DNA of 64,000 bases from an uncultured delta proteobacterium (GTDB lineage Bacteria; Myxococcota; Myxococcia; Myxococcales; Myxococcaceae), in assembly GCA_963776345.1 (NCBI GenBank), contig CAVZMH010000017.1, positions 128,001 to 192,000 of the forward strand, written 5' to 3'. A program made the translations under genes and the position numbers. The stretch's first letter is position 1, and the number at the start of each line of letters is the position of its first letter. The notes under the pieces were generated by a model. It had not been told where the DNA came from, searched no databases, and saw only the letters and a list, made by a program, of their open reading frames with translations. This document shows, one piece after another, positions 12,817 through 22,876 of this stretch.

Positions 12817-12969
12817 GTGTCGAAGCGCACGTACCAGCCGTCCAAAGTGAAGCGGAACCGCACCCACGGCTTCCGGAAGCGGAACAGCACCCGCGCGGGG
12901 CAGGACGTCCTCCGTCGGCGCCGGGCGAAGGGGCGCAAGCGCCTGGCCGTGTCCGCGGCCAAGAAGTAG
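12817..12969 (+). CDS. rpmH: 50S ribosomal protein L34
   Basis: Read directly, absent from the ORF track: GTG start, [21 protein letters not shown]...[11 protein letters not shown]. Confidence 0.97.
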   Translation: MSKRTYQPSKVKRNRTHGFRKRNSTRAGQDVLRRRRAKGRKRLAVSAAKK

Positions 12970-12971
12970 GG

Positions 12972-13322
12972 TTGCCAGAGGCGTTTCCCAGGGAGGCTCG
13001 CCTCCTGAAGCGCCGCGACTTCCTGGAGGTCCAGGAGCGGGGAAAGAAAGTGACCGCCGGGCCGCTGGTGGGCCTGGTGGCGCCGAGCCCGGACGGTGCG
13101 TCCAGGCTCGGACTCACGGTGTCGAGCAAGGTGGGGACGGCGGTGGTCCGGAATGCCGTCCGACGTCGGCTGCGCGAGCTGTTTCGCAAGCGGCGCGACC
13201 GATGGCCAGGAGGAATGTACCTGGTGGTGGTGGCCCGTCCGAGTGCCAGGGAAGCCAGCTACGCGGCGCTGGAGCGCGCCGCGGATGCCCTGCTCGCCGC
13301 ATTGGAGAACCGTCTCCGTTGA
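12972..13322 (+). CDS. rnpA: ribonuclease P protein component
   Basis: [36 protein letters not shown] start. Confidence 0.95.
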   Translation: MPEAFPREARLLKRRDFLEVQERGKKVTAGPLVGLVAPSPDGASRLGLTVSSKVGTAVVRNAVRRRLRELFRKRRDRWPGGMYLVVVARPSAREASYAALERAADALLAALENRLR

Positions 13323-13555
13323 AGCTGCTCACCTTCCTGCTCTCCCTGCCCATCCACCTCTACCGGTGGATCCTCTCGCCGCTGCTGCCGCGGGCGTGCC
13401 GGTTCCATCCGTCGTGCTCGGCGTACGCGCTCGGGGCGTTGCATGAGCACGGGCCGTTCCGTGGCTTCCTGCTCGCCCTTCGCCGGCTCGGCCGGTGCAA
13501 TCCCTTCAACCCCGGGGGGCTCGACCCCGTCCCGCCCCGCCCAGGGAGGATCTGA
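13319..13555 (+). CDS. yidD: membrane protein insertion efficiency factor
   Basis: [22 protein letters not shown]...[18 protein letters not shown] overlap with rnpA. Confidence 0.95.
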   Translation: MKLLTFLLSLPIHLYRWILSPLLPRACRFHPSCSAYALGALHEHGPFRGFLLALRRLGRCNPFNPGGLDPVPPRPGRI

Positions 13556-13560
13556 ATCCC

Positions 13561-15321
13561 GTGGAGAACGATTCCCAGAAGCGCACGTTCGTGGCCTTCG
13601 GGCTCATCTTCCTGCTGACCGCCGCGTACATGACCTGGTTCGCGCCGAGCCCGGTGCCGCCGCACGCGGACGCGAGCGCGGCCGACGCGGGGACGGTGGC
13701 CACGAGCCCGGCTCCGGTGGCGCCCTCGCCGGGCGCCGTCGAGCCGACGCCGCCCACGCCGCCGTCCAGTGGCGCGCCGCCGGCGGGTCCCGCGGTCCGC
13801 ACGATCGAGGTGGCGCGGAAGCAGATCCACTACGTCTTCTCCACCGAGGGTGCCGGGCTGGTCTCGGCGCGGCTCCAGGGAGACAGGACCCGCGACCAGC
13901 ATCCCCTGACGATTGCCGAGGGCTGGGCGCAGCTCTTCGGCAAGGCCGTTCCCAAGGGGCCGCAGATGAACCTGGCACAGCCCGTACCGGGTGCGGCGCT
14001 GCCGGTCTCGGTGGAGCTGGCCGGTGAGGCCGCCGTCCCGGCGACGCTGCGCTACTCGGTCGAGGAGGGCGATCATCGCCTCACCTTCGTCGGGCGCACC
14101 GAGAGCTGGGAGGTGAGGAAGGAGGTCTCCTGGATCGACGACGGCTTCGAGCTGTCGACCAAGGTGACCCTGCGAAACCTCACCGCGCGCCCGCTCTCCG
14201 GTGAGCTGGTGCTCCCGTACTCCCGGGCGATCGACCCGGCGCACGAGGAGAAGCCGAGCTTCTTCGGCGGGGTGGGCAACGTCTCCGACTCGGCGTGCTT
14301 CGTGAAGGACGCCTACGAGCACGAGACGGTGAAGGACAAGAGCGAGACCAAGGAGCTCACCGGTCCGGTCCGCTGGGTGGGCATCAACCAGCAGTACTTC
14401 GTCTCGGCCATCTTCCCGGTGGGCACGGCGGTCGAGGGGAAGTGCGTCCTCACCACCTCGCCGACCGAGCGGATCGCGACGGCGCGCTTCCCGGTCCAGG
14501 TCGCGCCCGGCCAGTCGGTGACCCGGGCCTTCGGCGCGTTCCTCGGCCCGAAGGAGACCGATGCGCTGGCCGAGGTGCCCAAGCTTGCGGCGAACCGCGC
14601 TCCGGACACCAACGCTCCGGTGCACCTCGAGCGCGCGGTCGACTACGGGATCTGGGCCGCGCTCTGCAAGCCGATGCTGTGGTTCCTCAAGTTGATCCAC
14701 GGGGTCGTCGGCAACTGGGGCGTGGCGATCATCCTCCTCACCGTGGTGGTGAAGGTGCTCCTCATCCCGCTGACCCACCGGGCGATGGTGGGCCAGGAGG
14801 CGATGAAGAAGCTCCAGCCGAAGATCGAGGAGCTGAAGAAGAAGTTCCCGGGGGACAAGGAACGGCAGCAGATGGAGATGATGAAGGCCTACCAGGAGGC
14901 GGGCGTGAACCCCTTCGGGTCGTGCCTGATGCTCCTGGTCCAGCTGCCGGTGTGGGCCGCGCTCTTCACCACGCTGCGGAACACCTACGAGCTGTACGGC
15001 GCGCCGTTCACCTCGCACTTCCTCACCGACCTGACGATCAGGGACCCGACCTATCTGCTCCCCGTCCTGCTGGGCGTGTCGCAGATCATCACCAGCCGCC
15101 TCATGCCGCCGGCCCTCGATGCGGCGCAGCAGCGGATGATGGTGTGGTTCATGCCGATCTTCTTCACCGTCATCATGCTGAACTACCCGGCGGGGCTCCT
15201 GCTCTACATCTTCACCAACAACATCCTGACGGTGGCGCAGCAGGCGGTGTTGCGGAGGATGGTTCAACGCGGAGGCCCCTCCGCCGCGCCGCTGAAGCCC
15301 GCGCTGGAGAAGCGGAAGTGA
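13561..15321 (+). CDS. yidC: membrane protein insertase YidC
   Basis: GNWGVAIILLTVVVK, MKKLQPK, GVNPFGSC, DPTYLLP, PAGLLLY. Confidence 0.97.
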   Translation: MENDSQKRTFVAFGLIFLLTAAYMTWFAPSPVPPHADASAADAGTVATSPAPVAPSPGAVEPTPPTPPSSGAPPAGPAVRTIEVARKQIHYVFSTEGAGLVSARLQGDRTRDQHPLTIAEGWAQLFGKAVPKGPQMNLAQPVPGAALPVSVELAGEAAVPATLRYSVEEGDHRLTFVGRTESWEVRKEVSWIDDGFELSTKVTLRNLTARPLSGELVLPYSRAIDPAHEEKPSFFGGVGNVSDSACFVKDAYEHETVKDKSETKELTGPVRWVGINQQYFVSAIFPVGTAVEGKCVLTTSPTERIATARFPVQVAPGQSVTRAFGAFLGPKETDALAEVPKLAANRAPDTNAPVHLERAVDYGIWAALCKPMLWFLKLIHGVVGNWGVAIILLTVVVKVLLIPLTHRAMVGQEAMKKLQPKIEELKKKFPGDKERQQMEMMKAYQEAGVNPFGSCLMLLVQLPVWAALFTTLRNTYELYGAPFTSHFLTDLTIRDPTYLLPVLLGVSQIITSRLMPPALDAAQQRMMVWFMPIFFTVIMLNYPAGLLLYIFTNNILTVAQQAVLRRMVQRGGPSAAPLKPALEKRK

Positions 15322-16022
15322 CCGACTCGCAGGTGGCGGTGGCGGTGGGAGCCGTGGACGAACGACGGGCGCAGGCGGTGTCGGTGCTGGAGCAGCTGCT
15401 CCGGGCCATGGATCTGCCGGCGACGCTGGAGGCGAAGGACCTCCCGGACGGGAGCGTGAGCATCGCGGTGACGCCGACGGTGGAGCTGCCGGGCGTGGCG
15501 CTCGGACGCCGCTCGCCGCTGGGGGACGCGCTGCAGTACCTGGTGAACAAGCTGGTGAACAAGCCGGGCCAGGAGCGGCGGTGGATCGCGGTGGGCCTCG
15601 GAGGGCATCCGGAGCCGCGCGGGTCGAAGCCGGCGCGTGCGCCCGTGGTGGCTGCTGCTCCGGTGAGCAACGGGAGCGCCTCGGCGCCGCCGGTCCATCT
15701 CTCTGCGCCGCCTCGACCCGCCCCCGTCGCTCGTGGGTCCGAGGCGGACGAGCGGACGCTGGTCGCGGAGGAGGACCCGGGGTTCGACTCCGCCGCCCGT
15801 GAGCTCGCGGCGCGGTCCGCGAGCTCGGGCCGCGTCTACGCGGTGGTGGCGCTGGGTGCGATGGAGCGCGGAAGGCTGCTGAAGGCCGCCGACGCCGTGC
15901 CGGGCGTGAGCGCCCGTGCCGAGGGCGAGGGGCGCCTCCGGCGCCTGGTGCTGACGCCGGACAAGCTGGTGCCGATGCCGCGGCAGCGGCTCCCGGTGGA
16001 CGACCATCCGGACGAGGACTGA
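15318..16022 (+). CDS. jag: Jag/KhpB-like (KH + R3H-derived) protein, degenerate
   Basis: Synteny after yidC (GTGA overlap); DALQYLVN and AEGEGRLRRLV blocks. Confidence 0.7.
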   Translation: MTDSQVAVAVGAVDERRAQAVSVLEQLLRAMDLPATLEAKDLPDGSVSIAVTPTVELPGVALGRRSPLGDALQYLVNKLVNKPGQERRWIAVGLGGHPEPRGSKPARAPVVAAAPVSNGSASAPPVHLSAPPRPAPVARGSEADERTLVAEEDPGFDSAARELAARSASSGRVYAVVALGAMERGRLLKAADAVPGVSARAEGEGRLRRLVLTPDKLVPMPRQRLPVDDHPDED

Positions 16023-16026
16023 GCTC

Positions 16027-16257
16027 GTGGGAGGACCCGGGTTGGGAAAACCGAAGGGGCTCAAGGACCGGCTGTTCGGAGCCGCGGTGCTGAAGATGAG
16101 CTTCCGCCTCCGTGGCGACGAGCAGTCGCCGGCGTTCAAGGGCATCTACCCAGGCGTGCTGCGGGATCTCGAGCTCGAGGACGAGGCGGTCGAGAAGTAC
16201 ATCGAGGAGCACCGGGGCGCGGTGGAGGCGGCCGCGCGCGGCAAGCCGGCGCCCTGA
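16027..16257 (+). CDS. small hypothetical protein
   Basis: 76 aa with good GC3 codon bias, 4 bp after jag. Confidence 0.65.
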   Translation: MGGPGLGKPKGLKDRLFGAAVLKMSFRLRGDEQSPAFKGIYPGVLRDLELEDEAVEKYIEEHRGAVEAAARGKPAP

Positions 16258-16515
16258 CCGCCCGAGCCGTCTCGGCCGGTGCGTCGCGGAGGCTGGCCGA
16301 GACCTCGACAGCGTTCGAGCTCGCCCCGCATGACTCGTCTCGCGCGCCGGAGATTCCAGGCTCGCGGCCCGTGGCCAGGAGCTGAGCCGTCGGGTCGCCG
16401 GTGGTGCATCCGTCCCAAGTCCGGGAGGGTCTTCCCACGGGCGGGACGTCTCGTGTGGCGCTCCTCGCCTTCTACGGGTGTCGTCGCTGGCACGGATCTG
16501 GCGTGACCGGGTGGC

Positions 16516-18939
16516 ATGACCGGCTGGCTCGCAGACGTTCGTATTGCCCTCCGCCTTCTCCGTCGACGCCCGGGCTGGACCGCGTCGGTGCTCTGCACCC
16601 TCGCCCTGGCGATCGGCGCGAACTCGGCGCTGTTCAGCGTGCTGGACTCGGCGCTGCTGCAGCCGCTGCCGTACCCCTCGCCGGAGCGGCTGGTGCTCAT
16701 CGAGGAGACCGCGCCGTCCTTCGACCGGTTGTCGGTCAGCTATCCGGACTACCTCGACTGGCGGGTCCGGACCCGGTCGTTCGAGCAGATGGGGGTCTAC
16801 CGGGGCGCGGAGGTCAACCTGACCGGCGTCGGCGCTCCTCGGCGGGCGCGGTCGATCGAGGCCTCGGGCACCTACTTCACCGCGCTGGGCGTCCCGCCCC
16901 TCGTCGGGCGCACCTTCGACGAGGAGGAGGATCGGCCCGGAGGAGCGCCGGTCGCCGTGCTCGGGGAGGACCTGGCCCGGCGGCTCTTCGGAGGCCCCAC
17001 CGAGGCGCTCGGCCGGTCGCTCCAGGTCGACGGCAGACCGTCGACCATCGTCGGGGTGATGCCCCGCCACTTCCGGGTCGATGGACGCCCCGAGATCTGG
17101 GTCCCGGTCGGCCAGCAGATGGTGGGTCGCACGGCCGAGCGCGGGAACCACCCCGGGCTCACCGCGGTCGCGCGCCTGAAGAAGGGCGTCCCGTACGGCG
17201 AGGCCCGCCTGGAGCTCGATGCCGTCGGTCGGGCGCTCCAGGCCGAATATGCGCAGAACCGCGCGACGCTCCCGCGGCCCAACCCCATGCATCAGCTGAT
17301 CACCCAGGACGTCCGGGGCTCGCTGTGGCTCCTGATGGGGGCGGTGATCCTGGTGCTGCTCATTGCCGCGGCCAACGTCGGCAGCCTCCTGCTCGCCCGG
17401 GGCACCGGTCGGCTGCGCGAGCTGGCGATCCGCGGAGCGCTCGGTGCGGGGCGGGCCCGCCTCGTCCGGCAGCTCCTGGTGGAGAGCCTGGTGCTGGCGA
17501 TCTTCGGAGGGGCGCTCGGGCTCGTCCTCGCCGGCGTGGCGATGCAGGTCCTGGAGGCACACCGGCCGTCGTCGCTCCCCGACCACGTGGCCCTCGCCCT
17601 GAACCTCCGGGTGCTGGCGTTCACGCTCGGGGCCTCGGTGGTCTGCGCCCTCCTGTTCGGGCTGGTCCCGGCGCTCATCGGGGCGCGGACCGAGCTCCAC
17701 GAGGCGATGCGGCAGGGGGACGCCCGCATGTCCGGAGGCCAGCACCGGCTCCGGGTGGTGCTGGTGGTGGCCGAGGTGGCGCTGGCGCTGGTGCTGGTCG
17801 TCGCGGCGGGGCTCACCTCCCGCGCGCTGGCGAGCCTGCTCCGCGTCGACACGGGCTTCGACGGGCGCGGCGTGCTCACCTTCCGGCTCTCGGTCCCCGA
17901 GGCGCGGCAGCGGACGCCCGCCGACCTGAGGAACTTCTACCAGCGGCTGGTGGAGGAGCTCCGGGCGGTGCAGGGAGTCGAGGAGGCGAGCTACTCGGCC
18001 ATCCTGCCGCTCGACTGGCACTGGGAGACCTCGTTCCGGAGCGATGTCCAGCCCGAGCTGCCGCCGGAGAAGACGCAGTTCGCCTCGTTCGGCATCGTCT
18101 CGCCCACCTATGGCCGCACGCTGGGGCTCGACCTCGTCGCGGGCCGGTGGTTCGAGCAACGCGACGACCGGGAGCATCCGAATGTGACGGTGATCGACGA
18201 GCGGCTGTCGCGCGAGTTCTACCCGGAGGGTGCCGTCGGACGACGCCTGCTCTCCGGTGACGGAAAGACAGTTCGTGAAATCATCGGCGTGGTTCGCCAC
18301 GTGGCGGCCTACGGCGTGGTGGGCCCGGAGCCCGCCCGGCACCAGTTCTACGTGACCTCCGAGCAGCTGCCGGAGGACGCCTACGTGCGGAATCTTCGCT
18401 CGGTGAACGTGGCGGTCCGGAGCCGGCTGACGCCCGAGGTGCTCCGCCCGCTACTCGTGCGGACCGTCGCCCGGCTCGACCCGGAGCTTCCGGTGTACGA
18501 GATGCGGACGGTGGAGCAGCTCCTCGGCGATTCGGTGGACGCGCAGCGGTTCGCGACGCTGCAGCTGGTGCTCTTCGCGCTCCTGGCCCTGGTGCTCGCG
18601 GTGGTCGGGCTCTACGCGGTGCTCTCCTACAGCGTGGCGCAGCGTACCCACGAGATCGGGATTCGGATGGCGCTGGGGGCGGCGCCGAACGCCGTGCTCC
18701 GCGAGGTGGTGGGGCAGGGTCTCGCCTGGGCTGGTCTGGGACTCGGGGTCGGGCTGGTCGGCGCGTTGGCGACGGCCCGGCTGCTCCGGAGCGTGGTGGA
18801 GGGTGTGCGCCCGCTGGACCCGGCGGTGTATGCGGTGACGGTGCTGGGCTTGCTGGTCTGCGCGGCCTTCGCCTCGTGGATTCCCGCGCGTCGAGCCGTC
18901 CGGGTGGATGCCTCGGTCGCCCTGCGGGACGAGGGCTAA
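16516..18939 (+). CDS. ADOP-family duplicated ABC permease (MacB-PCD/FtsX x2)
   Basis: LAIGANSALFS, LLIAAANV, RELAIRGALGAGR, EVALALVL, RTHEIGIRMALGA, IPARRA..D....LR. Confidence 0.92.
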   Translation: MTGWLADVRIALRLLRRRPGWTASVLCTLALAIGANSALFSVLDSALLQPLPYPSPERLVLIEETAPSFDRLSVSYPDYLDWRVRTRSFEQMGVYRGAEVNLTGVGAPRRARSIEASGTYFTALGVPPLVGRTFDEEEDRPGGAPVAVLGEDLARRLFGGPTEALGRSLQVDGRPSTIVGVMPRHFRVDGRPEIWVPVGQQMVGRTAERGNHPGLTAVARLKKGVPYGEARLELDAVGRALQAEYAQNRATLPRPNPMHQLITQDVRGSLWLLMGAVILVLLIAAANVGSLLLARGTGRLRELAIRGALGAGRARLVRQLLVESLVLAIFGGALGLVLAGVAMQVLEAHRPSSLPDHVALALNLRVLAFTLGASVVCALLFGLVPALIGARTELHEAMRQGDARMSGGQHRLRVVLVVAEVALALVLVVAAGLTSRALASLLRVDTGFDGRGVLTFRLSVPEARQRTPADLRNFYQRLVEELRAVQGVEEASYSAILPLDWHWETSFRSDVQPELPPEKTQFASFGIVSPTYGRTLGLDLVAGRWFEQRDDREHPNVTVIDERLSREFYPEGAVGRRLLSGDGKTVREIIGVVRHVAAYGVVGPEPARHQFYVTSEQLPEDAYVRNLRSVNVAVRSRLTPEVLRPLLVRTVARLDPELPVYEMRTVEQLLGDSVDAQRFATLQLVLFALLALVLAVVGLYAVLSYSVAQRTHEIGIRMALGAAPNAVLREVVGQGLAWAGLGLGVGLVGALATARLLRSVVEGVRPLDPAVYAVTVLGLLVCAAFASWIPARRAVRVDASVALRDEG

Positions 18940-19583
18940 ACGCCGGATTTCCGGTAGGTCAGCAGCGTCCGGCCGGCCCCGGTGAGGGGGAGTCGCAGAC
19001 GGTCGACGGAGGGCCCTGTCCATCCGGGAAGCAGGGCTCCAGGCGCGTCGGTGCCGCCCATCACGACCAGGGTGCCCCCGGGGCGTACATACGGCGTCGC
19101 AAGGGCGGCCCATCGGGTGGGCTCGGTGAGGGCGCGCGACACCGCCACGTCGAAAGGCGCGAGGCCCTCGGCCACCGGATTCCCCTGGAGCGTCAGGTGG
19201 ATGGCCCGGACGCGCGGCGCGAGCCCGAGCTGGGCGATGGCGTGCTTCAGGAAGCCGACCTTCTTGGCGACGGCGTCGACCAGGGTGACGGACAGGTCGT
19301 CGCGGACGATGGCGAGCGGGAGGCCCGGGAAGCCGGCGCCAGACCCTGCGTCGAGCAGCGTCAGGGGTCCGGGGTCGAGGGCCCGGAGGACGGTGAGGGA
19401 GTCGAGAATGTGCTTGTCCGCCATCTCGATCGGATCGAGGATGGCGGTGAGGTTGATGCGGGAGCTCCACCGACCGAGCTCGCCTGCCAGCCATGACAGC
19501 GCGTCCGCCTGGGCGGCCGAGAGAGGCAGCCCGAGAGCGCGGCTCCCCTCCAGCAGCATTCCAGAAATCGCTGGTTTCTCCAC
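18936..19583 (-). CDS. rsmG: 16S rRNA m7G527 methyltransferase RsmG (GidB)
   Basis: INLTAI, KHILDSL, DAGSGAGFPGLPLAI, VSRAL. Start uncertain (19559-19643). Confidence 0.95.
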   Translation of the reverse strand: MEKPAISGMLLEGSRALGLPLSAAQADALSWLAGELGRWSSRINLTAILDPIEMADKHILDSLTVLRALDPGPLTLLDAGSGAGFPGLPLAIVRDDLSVTLVDAVAKKVGFLKHAIAQLGLAPRVRAIHLTLQGNPVAEGLAPFDVAVSRALTEPTRWAALATPYVRPGGTLVVMGGTDAPGALLPGWTGPSVDRLRLPLTGAGRTLLTYRKSGV

Positions 19584-19897
19584 AGGCACGGGTAGACCCA
19601 CCGTCTCCAACTCCATGAAAGCACTTGGGGAAGCCGCTGGCACGTTGTTTTCCCCAGGTCTCCCACAGCGCGCGCTGCGGCGCCCTCAGGGCGGTGCTGC
19701 AGGTCGCGGCGGGCTGGCGAGCGGTCGGCCACTTGCACGCCCCTGTCGTGACGGACCCGGTATCCCCCCAAACGGCCGGTCGGATTCTCTGCCACGAGTC
19801 GCCACGAAATGCCAGTGGCCCTGTTGGGTCGGAGAGACACGCGCAGGCGCTCCCGGTGCCCCGATCCCGCTACCGGACAGCGAAAGGCGAGAGTCCC

Positions 19898-19913
19898 CGT
19901 TCCACGTGAAACA
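19898..19913. promoter_or_regulatory. parS centromere-like site
   Basis: CGTTCCACGTGAAACA matches the parS consensus, ~105 bp upstream of parA. Confidence 0.9.
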
Positions 19914-20019
19914 CCCCGGCACCACGCCCAAGCAGGCGACCGGCCGGGCCCGAAGTTGCCCTGTCATCCCGCCGTGCTACGCCCGCATCCAGTCGCACTG
20001 AACGCGTGGAGGGCGACCC

Positions 20020-20808
20020 GTGGGACGTGTCATCTGCATCTCGAACCAGAAAGGCGGGGTCGGCAAGACCACCACCGCCATCAACCTCGCGGCGAGCCTG
20101 GCCTCGGCCGAGCGCAAGGTCTTGCTGGTCGACATGGACCCCCAGGGCAACGCCGGCAGTGGCCTGGGCCTCAAGCGGGAGGCGATGAACGGGACGGTGT
20201 ACGACGCGCTCCTGGGCGACCGGCCAATGGCCGAGCTGGTCCATCCGACCGAGCTCCGGTTCCTGCAGGTCGTCCCCTCCACCCCCGACCTGACTGGCGC
20301 CGAGATCGAGCTGGTCACCCAGCCGCGGCGGGAGTTCCGGCTCCGCGAGGCGCTGCGCCCGCTGGTGCCCGACTACGACTACATCATCCTCGACTGCCCC
20401 CCGTCGCTCGGTCTCCTGACCTTGAACGCCCTCACGGCCGCTGATTCGGTCCTGATTCCGCTCCAGTGCGAGTACTACGCGCTCGAGGGGCTCTCCCAGC
20501 TCATGCAGACCGTCGAGCTGGTTCGGCGGGGGCTGAACCCCTCGCTGACGACCGAGGGCATCCTCCTGACGATGTTCGACGGCCGGGCGAACATCGCCCA
20601 CCAGGTGGCCAGCGACGTCCGGGAGTACTTCAAGGACCTGGTGTTCGAGTCCGTGGTTCCCCGGAACGTTCGCCTCTCGGAGTGCCCCAGCTTCGGAAAG
20701 CCGATTCTCCTGTACGACATCAAGTCGAAGGGCTGCGAGAGCTACCTCGCCCTGGGACATGAGATTCTGCGCCGCAACCAGGGTCCGACCGATTGGCGGG
20801 CCGCCTGA
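20020..20808 (+). CDS. parA: chromosome partitioning ATPase ParA/Soj
   Basis: [41 protein letters not shown]. Confidence 0.97.
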   Translation: MGRVICISNQKGGVGKTTTAINLAASLASAERKVLLVDMDPQGNAGSGLGLKREAMNGTVYDALLGDRPMAELVHPTELRFLQVVPSTPDLTGAEIELVTQPRREFRLREALRPLVPDYDYIILDCPPSLGLLTLNALTAADSVLIPLQCEYYALEGLSQLMQTVELVRRGLNPSLTTEGILLTMFDGRANIAHQVASDVREYFKDLVFESVVPRNVRLSECPSFGKPILLYDIKSKGCESYLALGHEILRRNQGPTDWRAA

Positions 20809-21701
20809 TGACCGCTCCTGTCATGCCCGGCCCCTCCGACCGCACCCCGAAGCGCGCGCTCGGCCGCGGGCTTTCGGCCCTGATTCCGCAGGCCTCCGTC
20901 CCCGTCCAGGGGGACCTGCCGTCGTCCACCGGCATCGTGCGCATCCCCGTGGAGCGCATCGTGCGAGACCCGGCACAGCCCCGGAAGACGTTCGACGAGG
21001 CCAAGCTCCGGGAGCTTGCTGAGTCAATCAAGACCCAGGGCGTCATCCAGCCGGTCCTCGTCCGGCGCGACGGAGCGGACTACCGGCTCATCGCGGGCGA
21101 GCGGCGCTGGCGGGCCGCCCAGCTCGCGGGGCTCCACGAGGTTCCCGCGGTCATCCGTGACGTCTCGGCGGCCGAGGCGTTCGAGCTGGCGCTGGTGGAG
21201 AACCTCCAGCGCACCGACCTCAACCCGCTCGAGGAGGCCGAGGGCTACCGGCGGCTCATCCAGGAGTTCGGGCTCACGCAGGACCAGGTCGGCGAGCGCG
21301 TGGGCCGCGACCGGACCAGCGTGGCCAACGCGCTCCGGCTGCTGCAGCTGCCCGACGGGGTGAAGGAGCTCCTCGCCTCGGGAGCGCTGGGGATGGGCCA
21401 CGCGCGAGCGCTTCTCGGGATGGGCACGGGGCCCGAGCTGGTGACGGCGGCGGAGCGCATCGTCCGCGAGCAGCTCTCGGTGCGAGAGACCGAGCGCATC
21501 GTCCGCACCACGCGTGCTCCGTCGCGCACCTCGTCGCGCCCGACGGCGGGCAGCACCGCCGCCCGGGCCGTGGTGGAGGACCTGCAGCGACGGCTGGGGA
21601 CCAAGGTGCGACTCCACGACCGCAGCGGCAAGGGGACGCTGGAGATCGACTTCTTCTCGTACGAGGACCTGGAGCGTATTCTCGCGCTGCTGCGGCGGTA
21701 G
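20808..21701 (+). CDS. parB: chromosome partitioning protein ParB
   Basis: [46 protein letters not shown] overlap with parA. Confidence 0.97.
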   Translation: MTAPVMPGPSDRTPKRALGRGLSALIPQASVPVQGDLPSSTGIVRIPVERIVRDPAQPRKTFDEAKLRELAESIKTQGVIQPVLVRRDGADYRLIAGERRWRAAQLAGLHEVPAVIRDVSAAEAFELALVENLQRTDLNPLEEAEGYRRLIQEFGLTQDQVGERVGRDRTSVANALRLLQLPDGVKELLASGALGMGHARALLGMGTGPELVTAAERIVREQLSVRETERIVRTTRAPSRTSSRPTAGSTAARAVVEDLQRRLGTKVRLHDRSGKGTLEIDFFSYEDLERILALLRR

Positions 21702-21788
21702 GCCGCGGAGCAGAAGGAGCCCGCGCCGCCGCTCGTCGCACGAGCGTCATCCCGGGCTTGGCCTCCAGGACACGGAACGAGGAACCCG

Positions 21789-22217
21789 ATGGCGGTGCTG
21801 AAGCGCGAGGAGGAGAACGTGGTCGTTCGCGGTGGTGAGGTGCACACGCTGCTCGGCAAGGGAAGCGAGTTCGAGGGGAAGCTCACCTTCGAAGGCCAGG
21901 TCCGGATCGACGGGAAGTTCTCCGGGCAGATCTTCACCAAGGACACGCTGGTCATCGGCGAGGGCGCGCGGGTGAACGCCGAGATCAACGCCGGCACGGT
22001 CATCGTCAACGGTCTGGTGGAAGGGAACATCCGGGCCACGCAGCTCATCGAGCTCCACACGCCGGGCCGGGTGAAGGGCAATCTCGAGACTCCGGCGCTC
22101 AGCGTCGACAAGGGCGTGATGTTCGAGGGTTCGTGCAAGATGGAGAGCATGGGGAAGGGCAGCTCCACGCCGACCCCGCTCGCGTCGGCCACTCTTCCCG
22201 AGCTACCGAAGCGGTGA
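21789..22217 (+). CDS. bacM: bactofilin BacM
   Basis: VHTLLGKGSEFEGKLTFEGQVRIDG beta-helix, directly after parB as in myxobacteria. Confidence 0.9.
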   Translation: MAVLKREEENVVVRGGEVHTLLGKGSEFEGKLTFEGQVRIDGKFSGQIFTKDTLVIGEGARVNAEINAGTVIVNGLVEGNIRATQLIELHTPGRVKGNLETPALSVDKGVMFEGSCKMESMGKGSSTPTPLASATLPELPKR

Positions 22218-22221
22218 ATCG

Positions 22222-22740
22222 GTGCCGGGTCGCCGCGGGGCGCTGATCTGCTGCGCCGTGGCCGCCGGGGTCCTCGGCGGCTGTTCGCGCACCCCGCCCC
22301 CGGTCACCGTGCGCGAGGACGGTGGCGTCGCCGCGGTCCGGCCATCGGGGCTCCTGCAAGTGCCTCAGGGCTGGTCCGTCGTCACCGGTGGAGACGGGAC
22401 GCTCCGCGTGCTGGACACGCCGGGGCACGCGGTGCTCCGGGCCGAGATCCGCAGCGGGATGGGTGTCCCGACGCCCGAGACGCTCCGGAGCGGCTTCACC
22501 GAGGGGCTACGCCGCTGGCGCGTGCGCAAGGCGCAGGCGGTGGAGGAGCCCGGCTACGTCGCCGTCCGGCTGCTCGTCGTCGAGCCGGGCGATGCAGGCA
22601 CCGAGCAGGAAGTCTTCCTCTCGGCGACGGCGCTCGGGACGGACACGCTGCTCTGCGCCTCCCTCCGCGGCGCCTCGGCGGCGACCCTGGAAGTGATCGA
22701 GCAGGTGTGCCGCGGCGCCGGGGAGCCTGACGGCGGCTGA
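22222..22740 (+). CDS. hypothetical lipoprotein
   Basis: Lipobox LGGC; 4 bp after bacM. Confidence 0.65.
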   Translation: MPGRRGALICCAVAAGVLGGCSRTPPPVTVREDGGVAAVRPSGLLQVPQGWSVVTGGDGTLRVLDTPGHAVLRAEIRSGMGVPTPETLRSGFTEGLRRWRVRKAQAVEEPGYVAVRLLVVEPGDAGTEQEVFLSATALGTDTLLCASLRGASAATLEVIEQVCRGAGEPDGG

Positions 22741-22835
22741 CGGAGGAGGCCGGGGTGCCGAGCCCGATTGCTCCCGGCGGTGAGCCTCGCCCGGGGCGCG
22801 CGGAGGGTCGAAGTGCCCGCAGTCACGACGCTTTT

Positions 22836-22876
22836 CGAGGTGTCAAACACCTCGTTACCCAAACACCTCGTTACCC
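22836..22876. repeat. REP-like palindrome with 16-bp tandem duplication
   Basis: Palindrome CGAGGTGTCAAACACCTCG; CAAACACCTCGTTACC x2; same family as 1460/1539. Confidence 0.75.

Noticed and set aside
13360..18342. 1660-aa ORF and other long antisense/alternate-frame ORFs (e.g. 4729-7344, 31244-33226, 54493-56646)
   Set aside because: Shadow ORFs of real genes in very GC-rich DNA; low-complexity R/P/G/A translations with no motifs.
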